Sequence record: PZ445530.1
Source of the DNA: a phage
Strand: one strand, 5' to 3'
DNA: 64,000 nt
Positions 10,701-20,450 of this stretch are shown here, piece after piece. Numbering within the stretch: position 1 is the first letter of the stretch; every line of letters begins with the position of its first letter. The notes beneath the pieces are model-generated. The model was not told the DNA's origin, searched no databases, and saw only the letters and a list, made by a program, of their open reading frames with translations. The position numbers and the translations under genes were made by a program.

Positions 10701-13368
10701 GACTGCACTGAGATCAAACATGGATGGGACATCCATGTCCATGCAAATTCCGGTAACAAACGGATACAAACGTGTTGTGATGATCATTAAGTGCGACCTG
10801 ATAGGTAAACAAGTTCTTGCAGAAAACGGGACATCCACACATCCTTTTGAGATCGCTCTGCACTATCAGTTTGCTGACTCACCTTTTGCAGGGGATAAGA
10901 GAATATCTGATACAGACGCACAGCGTTGTAAGAAAGTATTGTTGGGTGCAGGTTGGTGGTGGTATGAGTTTGATTTAACAGACAAATTCACCGACACGTC
11001 TAAAGTTGTAACAGGACTTCGTCTAGACCTTGGCGAGAACATGCACAAAGCTGTTTGTGATGGCACCTATGGTGACCCTACAATATACCTAAAATATGTT
11101 TCTTTTGAGCATCCGGAAGATGTTGTCTACGGTCCAAAACTGAGATTGTTTGGCAGCTGGATTGCAAAAGATAGGGTAGGCATGGGTAAGAAGGTAAGAG
11201 GGCTCTTGGTTGATGCAGGAACAGAAGACATGCTGGTTAATGCAGTGTGGCCTGAATTACCTGGGACTCAGTGGGACAACTCAGCCAAATCTATAAACTG
11301 GTTTAACATTCATAGGGCCATGTGGACCACTAACTGCTACTTGTGGAGAGAGCTTAACGATCAGGCCTTTGGATTCAGCGATGGTAGAAGGATGGCGATC
11401 ATTTGCTGGACAACACTGCAAAGATGTTATGACCATGACTATGAGATTGGGGGCAGGGCATGGAAAAATATCAGGGATAGAATCATAACCAATTTTGCAG
11501 ACGACAACGGTGGTGGAGCACATAACTTTGGCACAAGCCGACTCATCCATCTGAACGGATCCTCAGCCTACAAGAAAGAAGGTTACTCTGGGTCTATGAT
11601 CGAGTGGGGTCTGGTGAAAGATGCTCGCGTATTGATGGGCCAGCAACTTGCTGCCGCAATAGGTCCCAGCGCAGTGCAGTCGGTTAAACCAGCGTGGTTC
11701 GATATTCCATTGTGGTCACCCGGAACACCGGGAACTGCTGCAATCAACCCTACCACTGGGGATCTAGAAATCTCCGGGGAGGACTTGAAGCAGGTCGGTG
11801 GTTGGGACAAAACAGGGTACCAGGTTCAGTGGTGGAGAGCTGATGGATCTTTAGCTGCTGATGAGTTTGTTAAGGACAATTTCTACACTATGTCCTCTGC
11901 AAAAGCACAGCAATTATTTGGTCAGGCAACTCCGTCAACGATCACCATGTCTATGTGCTGTAAAGACAACAGGACTGGAGCTTTGGGGCCAAGGGTTGCT
12001 AAAGTTTTCTCAGGTATTAAATGGAATCTACCTGTCCAAAGTATTTCATGGAAGCAAATAGGTGATAACAAGCTGCTGGTTACCCCTGCCTGTCAGTTCA
12101 ACGCAACTCTTAACGTTGATCCTGCTGTTGCGGCAAACTCAGCTAAAGCTTCTGACTTCTCTGTGTCTAACACTGCTATGGCAGATGTGAGGAAGATTGA
12201 CACACTGAACGCCAGAATTACCTGTAAAAACACTTATGGCACATTCCAAATCATCAACAACTTCACAGATGCTGATTCTAAGGTAGTAAGGACAGCAAGC
12301 CAGACTCTGAGTTTAGGGACTCTGGCCTATGCGGCCCTGATCACCGAACAGTCGGCAACACTCCAAGGAGGCGGTGTAGGCAAGTCCATTGCAACACCTG
12401 TGTGGAAGCCAAATGAGTGGGTTGTGTTTGATTTGACTGTGGACTTCTCCAGCGATAATAGCTGGACATGGGTAAGGAATTGTTTGTCACAATTGATGGG
12501 CGGTCCAAGCTCCGTTAGTGATAGTCACGACTCTACTGACCCGAGTGTGTTCCAGGTAGGTAAAACTCACCCAGAGACTGGAGAAACGTTGCCTGACAGG
12601 AAGTATGCGTTGGTTTGCATCTCTTACGGGAAGGCAGATGTCACATTCTCAGGGACACACACTTATAACGGAACTTACAACTTCTCAAGGAAGTATAGTC
12701 TCAAAGCAGGGAACATTATAGACGAGGTCGGTGTGCTTTATAATCCGGGCAACGGCATAGGGATTGTGGGCGGTAAACTGCAGATGCAGGAACCTTCTAT
12801 CACCCCTTCCAACGTATCCGGGATTAGAAAGACTTGGGAAAGTAGTGATACCAACATTGCAACAGTGGATGCCACCACAGGGCTGGTAACATTTAAAGCT
12901 ACTGGGAATGTCACCATAAAGTTTGTAGTTAGAGATGATGCAGGCCGCAAAACGTCTTCAACATCGTTTACTGTCAGACAGATGGCACCTCAGTGGTTTA
13001 TTTGGGAAGGAAATCCTCTTGACGGGGCTTACCCTAGACCTGCAGGAACGTCCAATATGAGGGTCTTTACCGGTCCGGTCATGAACAATCCGACCACAAC
13101 CACCAACCCTACATTTTTTGGTGCTTACATACCTGAAATTATTGGCCTACCAAGGAACCAGATACAACTGCTTTTCGGAGCAGGTGTTGATGGTCTAGCC
13201 ACTTTTGGGTACAGTGACAACATTGATGCAGCCAGAAGCTCGGGTTGGATTGGATTTAAGTTTCAGTGGAACCCTGGTGGTAGAACATTAGGTGTTGCAA
13301 GCATAGGTGTTATGCTACCTGGTAACCAGCAATACCATCTCGAAGCTTATACAAACTTCCCTAGTTAA
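7741..13368 (+). CDS. large virion protein (1875 aa), probable tail/host-interaction protein with Ig-like domain near C-terminus
   Basis: Single uninterrupted 5.6 kb ORF with RBS; C-terminal segment (TWESSDTNIATVDATTGLVTFKATGNVTIKFVVRDDAGRKTSSTSFTV) resembles bacterial Ig-like (Big_2) domains. Confidence 0.65.
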   Translation: MLPIPLLKLGRHFLDKRGGIKELAVLSYPIDNSDGTSNTVSYVNSLAILFDDGQLNITGYNKFGECRTGDRNPINYPSETAWNVDHVWRADRAFVIRTFDNQFFYIGCTAGLIGSTAAGGNDVCVNEWTPLPEQIVKGLHLDTHPERLIEVMGGINNTVWVIAEAEGTGILKLYGSGNNTYGSLHVDKNQHATPVKIGETSENPETGPWKNPSINCEVHDNSVIFGGPRGFWIAGYDFLRNNSRNDLVWPPVQITRNDLRGIPADEEWKGFMCGPNGAIIATQRMHKPNDQQLVNVFYGQDVWGDDTWRSLNITYTHEVIMARGYGTSGIFFNNGTKQYRGFSRNLCNDIGAQSANNSPRANFIHYQALATAKYVEQRLPVSWTESVYFQGIHREGFLGTFTVVNGKLWWSGIPRGSFAGSNNLFGGRLNSQGFTEIPENWYKNVPVDSWGIEDIFDVNGVSNVSNIYIGDTVKMKLKPQPEGATFIIDKIELVNAAGTVVTDANYQFSTNWNHGGANEVVVTQYNRNINRRGLYSIKITYHDKHGTGRTYTTRTLNWNTIVPAYPSNGKWHTVGRNKQFHVNDTVYFGLNGTQPAVEGDTSYMVRLHRMDAGSVTYDVTQEIYDQRRATYDNIVKTQALWEFNPNGKGGKMLQVNEQNGTSLTVHEHPDPWPDPGKPHPRARTLKIVSHDAGYFGIRWEATVRYVDGTTNNIGITLGGTSEDNSLKIAYTPRGISIDSMDVVRNGYGDVNVKVTLGEHLGGERIIMYAFDHDPRTNGTYANQAWSYLINAPEPNTKEFYYGMKRDVCKKTGTHDWIAICVKDERTAWDEPVNRWFIGIPTRSDKYVAEYIVCMGGTNLNMCWNEDVNKYSDYDYMRDYSCNLWFNQTTGYPPRQARVNPAIFTDTQVFLTKQANEVQTFKNKYDPNKWFYNCYGAFFWGPGELPGGGSCLNEATYASDYIMGQVKKYKIIPGPETLGNAVDPYIIMTALRSNMDGTSMSMQIPVTNGYKRVVMIIKCDLIGKQVLAENGTSTHPFEIALHYQFADSPFAGDKRISDTDAQRCKKVLLGAGWWWYEFDLTDKFTDTSKVVTGLRLDLGENMHKAVCDGTYGDPTIYLKYVSFEHPEDVVYGPKLRLFGSWIAKDRVGMGKKVRGLLVDAGTEDMLVNAVWPELPGTQWDNSAKSINWFNIHRAMWTTNCYLWRELNDQAFGFSDGRRMAIICWTTLQRCYDHDYEIGGRAWKNIRDRIITNFADDNGGGAHNFGTSRLIHLNGSSAYKKEGYSGSMIEWGLVKDARVLMGQQLAAAIGPSAVQSVKPAWFDIPLWSPGTPGTAAINPTTGDLEISGEDLKQVGGWDKTGYQVQWWRADGSLAADEFVKDNFYTMSSAKAQQLFGQATPSTITMSMCCKDNRTGALGPRVAKVFSGIKWNLPVQSISWKQIGDNKLLVTPACQFNATLNVDPAVAANSAKASDFSVSNTAMADVRKIDTLNARITCKNTYGTFQIINNFTDADSKVVRTASQTLSLGTLAYAALITEQSATLQGGGVGKSIATPVWKPNEWVVFDLTVDFSSDNSWTWVRNCLSQLMGGPSSVSDSHDSTDPSVFQVGKTHPETGETLPDRKYALVCISYGKADVTFSGTHTYNGTYNFSRKYSLKAGNIIDEVGVLYNPGNGIGIVGGKLQMQEPSITPSNVSGIRKTWESSDTNIATVDATTGLVTFKATGNVTIKFVVRDDAGRKTSSTSFTVRQMAPQWFIWEGNPLDGAYPRPAGTSNMRVFTGPVMNNPTTTTNPTFFGAYIPEIIGLPRNQIQLLFGAGVDGLATFGYSDNIDAARSSGWIGFKFQWNPGGRTLGVASIGVMLPGNQQYHLEAYTNFPS

Positions 13369-13380
13369 CAGGAGGCAAAT

Positions 13381-13410
13381 AAAAAGGGGCCAGACGGCCC
13401 CTTTCTTTTT
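13381..13410. terminator. bidirectional intrinsic terminator between convergent genes
   Basis: AAAAAGGGGCC-AGAC-GGCCCCTTTCTTTTT: GC hairpin flanked by A-run and T-run. Confidence 0.65.
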
Positions 13411-13414
13411 ATAA

Positions 13415-13615
13415 TTAGTAATATTCCCAACACGACCCATCTTCAGACGGCTGGACACGCTTACCTTCATGATCGACATAGGTGTAACCACAGCCTTCAC
13501 AGATAACAGGGGCCGCATAACCTTCCTTCCACTGGTCCTCTGTGATCAGTCCTTTCAGATCTCCGCAGTCACGACCAAACAACTCTTCAGAACAATCTTT
13601 GCAAAAATCAGCCAT
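13415..13615 (-). CDS. small zinc-ribbon-like protein (66 aa)
   Basis: Cys pairs CKDC...CGDL...CEGCGY; first gene of minus-strand block. Confidence 0.45.
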   Translation of the reverse strand: MADFCKDCSEELFGRDCGDLKGLITEDQWKEGYAAPVICEGCGYTYVDHEGKRVQPSEDGSCWEYY

Positions 13616-13681
13616 CTCTATCAGTCTCCATATTTAACCAATCTATATTACATATTGCCGAAGAAACAGTATTTCATTTCA

Positions 13682-13900
13682 TCACAGATCTCCAACAACT
13701 TCCCAAATACCCCAGTGAGCATCTATATCCTTGATAAAGTATCTTTCTCCACGGTTTGTCCACACACCTATCCCAACTTTACCATCTATCCCATTGTATA
13801 CATCTGCCTCATACTCTTTGCCCGGTGTAAAGTGTACACCCATCATAAGGGCTGTTATTCCGTTAGGATTTTTAAATTTAACAAATTTTACTTTGCTCAT
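13682..13900 (-). CDS. hypothetical protein (72 aa)
   Basis: ORF in six-frame track, packed against neighbours. Confidence 0.4.
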   Translation of the reverse strand: MSKVKFVKFKNPNGITALMMGVHFTPGKEYEADVYNGIDGKVGIGVWTNRGERYFIKDIDAHWGIWEVVGDL

Positions 13901-13901
13901 A

Positions 13902-14480
13902 TTACTTAATCCTTGCAGTTACAGTAGCGCTATACCCCATGTAGTTATGAGACATAAAGAATGTAAGCCCTTTAAGTTCAGGATTCTTTCTAAGAAATCG
14001 TTTCAATTTTCGAATGCAATTAACACCATGATCATAGTTTGAGAAATTAAATTTAATACCCTGCTCCATCATAGTGCACACTTCTTCATGGGTATGCCAT
14101 TGTCTATCGTGGTCACAAAACCAGTAACCAATACCTTCTTTTTCTTGGATATGCAATCCCCAAAATACTTTATGCATTGGATATTTTGGTTTTCTACCAT
14201 GATAATGTAGTTTAATATTCACATGTGCCATTTTTTTTGTTACTCCGTTCTGTATCTGTGATAATGAGAATAGCAAACTGGGGTGTGTGCTGTCAACAAC
14301 ATTTTTAAGCGTTTTGGGGAAGTTTTTTGAAAGGTGGGTGTAATCCCAAGAGAGGGTGGAGTTATTGAAGGCACAGGCCTCTTTTGAGGCCTTAAAATCG
14401 ATTATGACACTTTGACGTAGCGCTCTGACAGAGCTGGAAAGCCAAAAGCAGTACCTACACTGCCGTACGCTATCCACCAT
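13902..14480 (-). CDS. hypothetical protein (192 aa)
   Basis: ORF in track; overlaps next ORF by 79 nt (start may be internal). Confidence 0.45.
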   Translation of the reverse strand: MVDSVRQCRYCFWLSSSVRALRQSVIIDFKASKEACAFNNSTLSWDYTHLSKNFPKTLKNVVDSTHPSLLFSLSQIQNGVTKKMAHVNIKLHYHGRKPKYPMHKVFWGLHIQEKEGIGYWFCDHDRQWHTHEEVCTMMEQGIKFNFSNYDHGVNCIRKLKRFLRKNPELKGLTFFMSHNYMGYSATVTARIK

Positions 14481-14782
14481 TGAAGTTCATCGTGACACCA
14501 TTTTCCGATCAGAAAGGTGCTTGGGTAGCGGGTCAGTATTTTGGCATAAGCTTTAGGGTCTGCATCCTCTGGGATAATGATGCTTGGAACATCTTTGTTA
14601 TGACCACAGCAGCAGTTTAGAGTTTTCAATCCTGCCGCCCATAGACTCATGATAGGCTTAGCCATGCACTTATCAAGGCACACACGTTTTTTGCCGTCTC
14701 GAAGTTTTTTAGGCACATCGACGATAACATTTGGATGCTTGGCACCTTTCACTTTCCAATTATAGGATTTACACTTGCACAT
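14402..14782 (-). CDS. Cys/His-rich hypothetical protein (126 aa)
   Basis: Cys-rich (CKCKSYNW..., CLDKC..., NCCCGHN). Confidence 0.4.
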   Translation of the reverse strand: MCKCKSYNWKVKGAKHPNVIVDVPKKLRDGKKRVCLDKCMAKPIMSLWAAGLKTLNCCCGHNKDVPSIIIPEDADPKAYAKILTRYPSTFLIGKWCHDELQWWIAYGSVGTAFGFPALSERYVKVS

Positions 14783-14989
14783 TTAATCAGTCTCCGTCTA
14801 GAAAGCAATACTTTACTTAAAATCTTTGTCACCTATTACGATTGCACGAATCCACTCATTGTGATGTTCAATGGCGGTAAGGTGTAACATAATGCAGTGA
14901 TTGTCATTACTAAACACGGTGCGGTAAGCTTTGGCAGCACCATGATATAACTTCCACATCAGGTAATGATATCTTCGCCTCATGACTCT

Positions 14990-15460
14990 TTACTCCGGTT
15001 CAGGATCTGGGTAATCTTCAATAATAAAGGGCCATCCGTTCCGCTTAGCCTCAGACTTATACTCAATCTCCTTCATTGCAAACTCTAACTGATTCTTAGC
15101 CGGAATACATGCCGGAGAATCATCAATCCAGATATCTGGGTAGATATCAAACTGCGCCAGATAGGCTGCCTTCTGAACACCACCAGTATAAAACACACCA
15201 ACATCAAGCTCCTTGCGCCAATACTCAATGTCTACATTGTCTTGAGTAATGAATCGGAAAGTCACAAGGTAGACTGTCCACCCCTCCTTCTTCAGATCCC
15301 TGATCAGGCGGGAGAAGATGAAAGGGCTCGCATTAAACGTTCCATCAAAGTCAATGGCAATGATGTGCGTGCCGTGGCGAGTCTCATATGGATTGCTCGT
15401 GGTAAGATTGCTGTAATTAAAAGGGACTTCTTCCCCGCAGTAGCTGTAGTCCATATTCAC
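14990..15460 (-). CDS. HAD-superfamily hydrolase-like protein (possible nucleotidase/phosphatase)
   Basis: Motif I IAIDFDGT near N-terminus and downstream IWIDD acidic motif. Confidence 0.5.
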   Translation of the reverse strand: MNMDYSYCGEEVPFNYSNLTTSNPYETRHGTHIIAIDFDGTFNASPFIFSRLIRDLKKEGWTVYLVTFRFITQDNVDIEYWRKELDVGVFYTGGVQKAAYLAQFDIYPDIWIDDSPACIPAKNQLEFAMKEIEYKSEAKRNGWPFIIEDYPDPEPE

Positions 15461-15732
15461 ACCTTCTCGTTGATAAATTTACGGGCGGTTTGGTGAGTTG
15501 TTTCTGCTGTCTTCAGAATGATATTAATTTTATTGTCAAGATCATTCATCTCAGCAGTTAATTCAGGGATTTCTCCAGCATGCATGGTGAAATCATACAT
15601 AGACATGCCCAGAATCTCATTGATGCGACGGTTGCATTCTGCAGCACGCTGGTTCATTTTCCAAGCTAACACCAAAGCCTCCTGCGTAGCCTCTAGTGCA
15701 AAATCTAATACGTCGGCCTCTTCTTTCGTCAT
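15457..15732 (-). CDS. hypothetical protein (91 aa)
   Basis: ORF in track, start/stop overlaps neighbours. Confidence 0.45.
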   Translation of the reverse strand: MTKEEADVLDFALEATQEALVLAWKMNQRAAECNRRINEILGMSMYDFTMHAGEIPELTAEMNDLDNKINIILKTAETTHQTARKFINEKV

Positions 15733-15789
15733 CTTAGTCTCTCCTGTTGTATTGTTGGTAGGTGTATGAATACCTTATAACTCACCTTT

Positions 15790-16356
15790 TTATTCAAACT
15801 GCAATAGTAAGTCCACCACCGCGCTAGGTCTGTCAACAAATTCCCCAGGTCCACATGCCCACAGAGGGTATCCGTCCACATACCGCCAAATCCAACCTGC
15901 AGTGTGGAGTTCGAGCAGGGCAGTACCGTCCTTACTGTCAACCACTCTTTCCCACAGTGTTGGGCAGCGAAGCTTGAGAATCGGATCACCTCCCTTATAC
16001 CCGTCCATGTAGATACCCATTGCAAAGTTCAGCATCATCTTTTTGTGCACTGATCTCTTACTGAGGGTGCTCATCACTTCCTCTTTGTGAATGTTTGTAA
16101 GCTTCTCTTTGGCTACCCGCAGATCGTTGCAACCATTGTTCAGCAAATCTTCCAGACACTTGATCCGGAGGTCGTGAATGTCTTTGTCGTGTACCGTTGG
16201 CACAGGGTCGTAGCGGTATAGCACTGTTGATACAAGGTTGCTCGGGTGTGGGTCTGACAACAACCCATAGCCCCAATACTCTTCTGTATCTGAAAGGACA
16301 AGGCACCCAATGTCTCTGTCAAGCTTTCCTGTGTTGTAAGCCACATTGACCGCCAT
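15790..16356 (-). CDS. hypothetical protein (188 aa)
   Basis: ORF in track. Confidence 0.5.
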   Translation of the reverse strand: MAVNVAYNTGKLDRDIGCLVLSDTEEYWGYGLLSDPHPSNLVSTVLYRYDPVPTVHDKDIHDLRIKCLEDLLNNGCNDLRVAKEKLTNIHKEEVMSTLSKRSVHKKMMLNFAMGIYMDGYKGGDPILKLRCPTLWERVVDSKDGTALLELHTAGWIWRYVDGYPLWACGPGEFVDRPSAVVDLLLQFE

Positions 16357-16358
16357 GA

Positions 16359-16604
16359 CTATAGCTCCACTAGCAAAGTGCTTTCAAAGTGCCGTTCATG
16401 CAGACCGTTGTAAGGGACCACCTCCACAACGCCATCACGGACATATGGGGCCATCATGGTGGTATAATCTCCAAACGGGTTGGTATTGTCACTAACCACA
16501 ACCACCTTCTGCCCTTCCTTGGCAGAGTGCCAAATAGATCTGCACTTCATCAGGTGTTCGAGAGCTCCAGGTAAAATTTTGTTACGTTCTTTACGGGTCT
16601 TCAT
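16359..16604 (-). CDS. hypothetical protein (81 aa)
   Basis: ORF in track, packed. Confidence 0.45.
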   Translation of the reverse strand: MKTRKERNKILPGALEHLMKCRSIWHSAKEGQKVVVVSDNTNPFGDYTTMMAPYVRDGVVEVVPYNGLHERHFESTLLVEL

Positions 16605-17050
16605 AACAGGTATAGCTCCTTATGAAAGTGATCTTTTAATTTCTCACTGAGAAACTTCTTGATACCTTCCTCTAAAGTGTTTTCGATGTAGTCCAGCTTA
16701 ACTGCTTCGATGGACATATCATAGATCGCCAGCTCTAAGCTGTCAAGTCCCATCATAGCATGAACCATAAGATTTTCATCTTCAGATACATTCAGGGGAC
16801 TTCCTATAACATCTGGAGGCAGAATAGTTTCCCAATTATTCTGGGTGGTAGTTCTCCCTCCCTCTGCTTTACGGCGCAGTTCGAATGTGTTCTTAGTATA
16901 AAACACTTCATAAGAAACGATACGACTGTCGCTCTCATAATAAACGAAGTTCAGGTAGGAGCCTAGCCGCAGTCGGCAAACTTCCACCCCAAACCATTGT
17001 TTCTTATAAGAATTCAGGCTAATGCTGTCGCATTCACGTTTGCTCAACAC
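16601..17050 (-). CDS. hypothetical protein (149 aa)
   Basis: ORF in track, ATGA-type overlap with downstream gene. Confidence 0.5.
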   Translation of the reverse strand: MLSKRECDSISLNSYKKQWFGVEVCRLRLGSYLNFVYYESDSRIVSYEVFYTKNTFELRRKAEGGRTTTQNNWETILPPDVIGSPLNVSEDENLMVHAMMGLDSLELAIYDMSIEAVKLDYIENTLEEGIKKFLSEKLKDHFHKELYLL

Positions 17051-17066
17051 GGCTATCTCCTTTTTG

Positions 17067-17300
17067 TTAATCTTCGTAAATCAGGATTTCTGCTTTAGGT
17101 TTTCGTGCTTTCAGGTCCAGCTCTATCCAGTGCACCATAGCTGTTTCAAGAAAAACAGCTTGGATGCATCCGTCCTCAGCGTGCCCCACCAACATAACGA
17201 GATCTTCACCTTCGTCATCTGCATCACGAACATAAAGAATCTCTCCAGATTCGAAGTCTTTCACAACCTGATTGCTAGATAATTTTCGAATTTTTGCCAT
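17067..17300 (-). CDS. hypothetical protein (77 aa)
   Basis: ORF in track. Confidence 0.45.
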   Translation of the reverse strand: MAKIRKLSSNQVVKDFESGEILYVRDADDEGEDLVMLVGHAEDGCIQAVFLETAMVHWIELDLKARKPKAEILIYED

Positions 17301-17301
17301 A

Positions 17302-17565
17302 TCAGAAACCCTCTAAAAAGCTCTTGTAGAAAACAATCTCAGTATCCACACCAGTCACAATCTTGTCGTTCCTGATTTCATCGGTAAGATAGGTGTCAAA
17401 ACGCAGAACCTGTGTGGTGTTGTCACACATCCACTCAGCTGCGACCATTGCGAAAATCTTAGCATCTTCATTATCTGGTGTGAATGTTACCACCTCACCG
17501 CACTTAAACTTTTCGATAGGCTGAGTGTTAGCTTTCGGTTCTGCGATAGTGATTTTTGTGGTCAT
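17302..17565 (-). CDS. hypothetical protein (87 aa)
   Basis: ORF in track. Confidence 0.45.
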   Translation of the reverse strand: MTTKITIAEPKANTQPIEKFKCGEVVTFTPDNEDAKIFAMVAAEWMCDNTTQVLRFDTYLTDEIRNDKIVTGVDTEIVFYKSFLEGF

Positions 17566-17831
17566 TATTCTTCCTCCATAGTTTCACCAAATACTTCGAT
17601 ACGAGCATCGAGCTCGGTTGCTTTCAGCTCCCCAACAAAATATTTTAGTTCTTTCTCGTCCAGATCGTAAGCCCACACACAAGAAGAACATGCAGATTTC
17701 ACAATCAGCAGCGTAGATACACGGCCTGACTCTGTGATCATGCTCACAATGGTTCCCACAGGGAACGTGTTGATAGCTTTTTTAACTGGGCGTTCAGCTT
17801 TAATTACTACCTCTGTTGCCATAAATAACAT
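17565..17831 (-). CDS. hypothetical protein (88 aa)
   Basis: ORF in track. Confidence 0.45.
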   Translation of the reverse strand: MLFMATEVVIKAERPVKKAINTFPVGTIVSMITESGRVSTLLIVKSACSSCVWAYDLDEKELKYFVGELKATELDARIEVFGETMEEE

Positions 17832-17837
17832 CCTCTC

Positions 17838-19319
17838 TTACTTAGCGTACTCGATTAATTCCACAGTTTTACCAAAGCTAGGGATATAATTTTTATTATA
17901 CCCTTCGGTTAGAACCCATAAAGTATCGTACTTTTTCCACTTGTTGTCAACAGCCTTTTGTTCAAAGTTATGCTCAAAGTATAGGTCGGTCAGGACGATG
18001 ACATCTTTTGCATTTGGTATGTTGGCATCCAGATACTCGAACACGCAAGCAGCTGTTGTTCCCCATGTTGAGTGGACCTCATAGTTGATCATTTCGTCTA
18101 TGTTGCCGCGAGTGTATACTTTAACCTCTCCAACCTCAGTTGACCAACAGAACATTGTAACCTTAAACTCTTTATACAGATTGCACAATCCGGTGATTTC
18201 ATTGAACATTTTCTTTAAAGTTCTTTGAGAGATCGAGCCAGAAACGTCTAAAGCCACCACAATATCTATAGTGTTTTCCGGATTACGACCAGGAACAATA
18301 ACGTGCTGGTTCTTGTTTATAGCCCCAACTTTTCGCATTGTGCTGGTCAAAGACCCAGATCGGCGACCAGGTTTTCTGTAGGTCAGTTCGGCCTTTCTTT
18401 TAGACAACATACGTTGCTTAATGATGTCTATATAGTTGATTACAGGCTTACCTCTGTTCTTGACAAACTCACGCACCGCCTCAGGGCAACGGCCTCCGGA
18501 CGCTTGCATTGCTGCCTCCAGCATATCACCAGAGTCCTGCATGGCCTGATCTTTATCAGATTGGCTGATTACAGGTTGTGGCTGATCATACCCCATAGCC
18601 TTTCCAAGATTATCACTGGTGCCACCGTTCCCACTCATGTGATCATCGGTTTGTCGCTTATCACTTTGAGAGTTCTCACCTTTACCGTTCTTACTTTTAC
18701 CGTTATTCTGATCTCTTTGCTTATCAAGAACTGCATAAACGTTCTCAGCAATCCATCCATGAAACTTCATGTCGCAGTAGCAGCTGGCTAAGAAGCCAAA
18801 AGGCTTACCTTTCATGAACGTAGTGCTTTTCCCCTTCGGGAAGAAAACACAAGGAGGTTTGCTAAAGTCAACCACAAGGCCTGTGTTGATAACGTGATCA
18901 CAAGCAATATTGAACAGTTCCGGCTCAAAGCTTTTACCACGGACTAGGTGATCACAGATAATATGCCCCACCTCATGTGACAGAAGGAAGGCCACCTCTT
19001 TCACAGATTTTGGGGAATAGAAAACTTCAGCCATCTCAAACTGCTCGTCAGTTAGAGAAGCCTTAAGAATAGCCTTGCGTTCATCAGCCAATCCCATAAT
19101 GAACTCAGGACTGTAATAGATGCGTTTATGGTCGGTTGCCATGGTGGAGCACCATGTGTGGTTTTCTACGAACTGCAACCCTGACAGTAGTGTGCCATAA
19201 AACGGCAGCTTTTCAAGGAGATACATACGTGCAGCCTGCAACATTCTCAGGGCATCATCTTTCTGCGAGGCAATGATTTCTGAACTTCTGCTATCCATTA
19301 AAACTCCAGAAGGGGCCAT
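17838..19319 (-). CDS. VWA-domain protein with N-terminal HExxH metallopeptidase-like motif
   Basis: HEVGHIICDH zinc-binding signature; C-terminal MIDAS-like IVVALDVSGSIS. Confidence 0.7.
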   Translation of the reverse strand: MAPSGVLMDSRSSEIIASQKDDALRMLQAARMYLLEKLPFYGTLLSGLQFVENHTWCSTMATDHKRIYYSPEFIMGLADERKAILKASLTDEQFEMAEVFYSPKSVKEVAFLLSHEVGHIICDHLVRGKSFEPELFNIACDHVINTGLVVDFSKPPCVFFPKGKSTTFMKGKPFGFLASCYCDMKFHGWIAENVYAVLDKQRDQNNGKSKNGKGENSQSDKRQTDDHMSGNGGTSDNLGKAMGYDQPQPVISQSDKDQAMQDSGDMLEAAMQASGGRCPEAVREFVKNRGKPVINYIDIIKQRMLSKRKAELTYRKPGRRSGSLTSTMRKVGAINKNQHVIVPGRNPENTIDIVVALDVSGSISQRTLKKMFNEITGLCNLYKEFKVTMFCWSTEVGEVKVYTRGNIDEMINYEVHSTWGTTAACVFEYLDANIPNAKDVIVLTDLYFEHNFEQKAVDNKWKKYDTLWVLTEGYNKNYIPSFGKTVELIEYAK

Positions 19320-19331
19320 TGGCCCCTGTCA

Positions 19332-20126
19332 TTATTTAACGTGTTTGAAAATACCTGCCAACTCGGTCATTGTCATGCGGGTGGTCTTCATAAGATCTGT
19401 CATAGCTTTCTCCATAATTGGAGATACTACCATAAAGTTTCCTTTAGTGAAACCTTTATTCCAGTCGGTCACCAACAGGGGTTTAAGTCCAGCTCCAAGA
19501 CGTTCACCAGTTAAAGCACAGCATTTGCGAATATACGAACTCTTAAATTGGCTGAACGACAGATCAACTTTCATACCTACATCGTAGAACGTTTGACAAT
19601 AGAAAGTGTAAGCTTTGGCAATCTCAACATCATCAGGTAGTGCAGGAACCTCTTCTGTAAGCTCCTCTTCGACCTCCTGAGTCTCTTTTTCCTCTTCATG
19701 CACCTGTTGCGTCATTTCTTCAATCTCTTCTGTGATAGGCTCGTTTACAATGTCGGAAATGTGCTTCTTGGGTGCACGATAAGTAACTTTAGACATCGGT
19801 AGCATATCTTCCTCCTCTTCTTCGTCAAAGAGTGCTAGTTTATCCTCTTCCGTTCCATATTGCAAGATGAAATCTTCAAAAGTATAATCACCTTTCAATT
19901 TCTCCATACGCTCTTCGCTCAGGTGGAGCATCATCTGCTGGACAATTTTTCGATCAGTTTCGTCTTTAATCAAGACTGCAGTCTTTTTATCTACCAGACA
20001 GTCCTTTAGAGAGTTGCATCTCAATCCCACCACACAACAGTTATCAACCGCATAAGGACCTTCATCATCTATCCGCTCCAGAGATGGGTAGAAAGGATTC
20101 CCCAGCCCGTTTTCATCTGTGTGCAT
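19332..20126 (-). CDS. acidic hypothetical protein (264 aa; possible internal start at 19796)
   Basis: Glu-rich central region; contains internal MSKVTYRA encoded by a 27-nt sequence identical to the start of gene 21639-21995. Confidence 0.5.
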   Translation of the reverse strand: MHTDENGLGNPFYPSLERIDDEGPYAVDNCCVVGLRCNSLKDCLVDKKTAVLIKDETDRKIVQQMMLHLSEERMEKLKGDYTFEDFILQYGTEEDKLALFDEEEEEDMLPMSKVTYRAPKKHISDIVNEPITEEIEEMTQQVHEEEKETQEVEEELTEEVPALPDDVEIAKAYTFYCQTFYDVGMKVDLSFSQFKSSYIRKCCALTGERLGAGLKPLLVTDWNKGFTKGNFMVVSPIMEKAMTDLMKTTRMTMTELAGIFKHVK

Positions 20127-20381
20127 GTCAAAAGGTATAAGGGTATAGTCGCATACTCCATCTCCTAAAAGTTTTTTACCAAATAGGAGATATTCTTCCC
20201 ATGACAGGTCGAACTCTATATCTCGTTTCCGTGCGTTATTCTGTTTGCGTCTATATTTTTGAGCAAGCGCTCTAACTCTTCTGGTGTATAATATTTTTCA
20301 AGATTCATGAGTCGTCTCTCGTGCTCTGTAAGTGAAGAAATCGTATCAATTGTCTCAACAGATGTCAACATCAAAAACGTG

Positions 20382-20410
20382 TTGACTTTACTCTAACTCC
20401 ACAATATAGT
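20382..20410 (+). promoter_or_regulatory. sigma70-like promoter for gene at 20451
   Basis: TTGACT - 17 bp - TATAGT in divergent intergenic region. Confidence 0.5.
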
Positions 20411-20450
20411 GCACCCATTCGAAAGAAAACTAACATAGGAGCACTTACTT

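Noticed and set aside
19301-19330. AGGGGCC-ATTG-GGCCCCT hairpin as a terminator between the VWA gene and the acidic-protein gene
   Set aside because: Not followed by a U-run on the transcribed (minus) strand; may be an RNA processing or stability hairpin, but not confidently a terminator.
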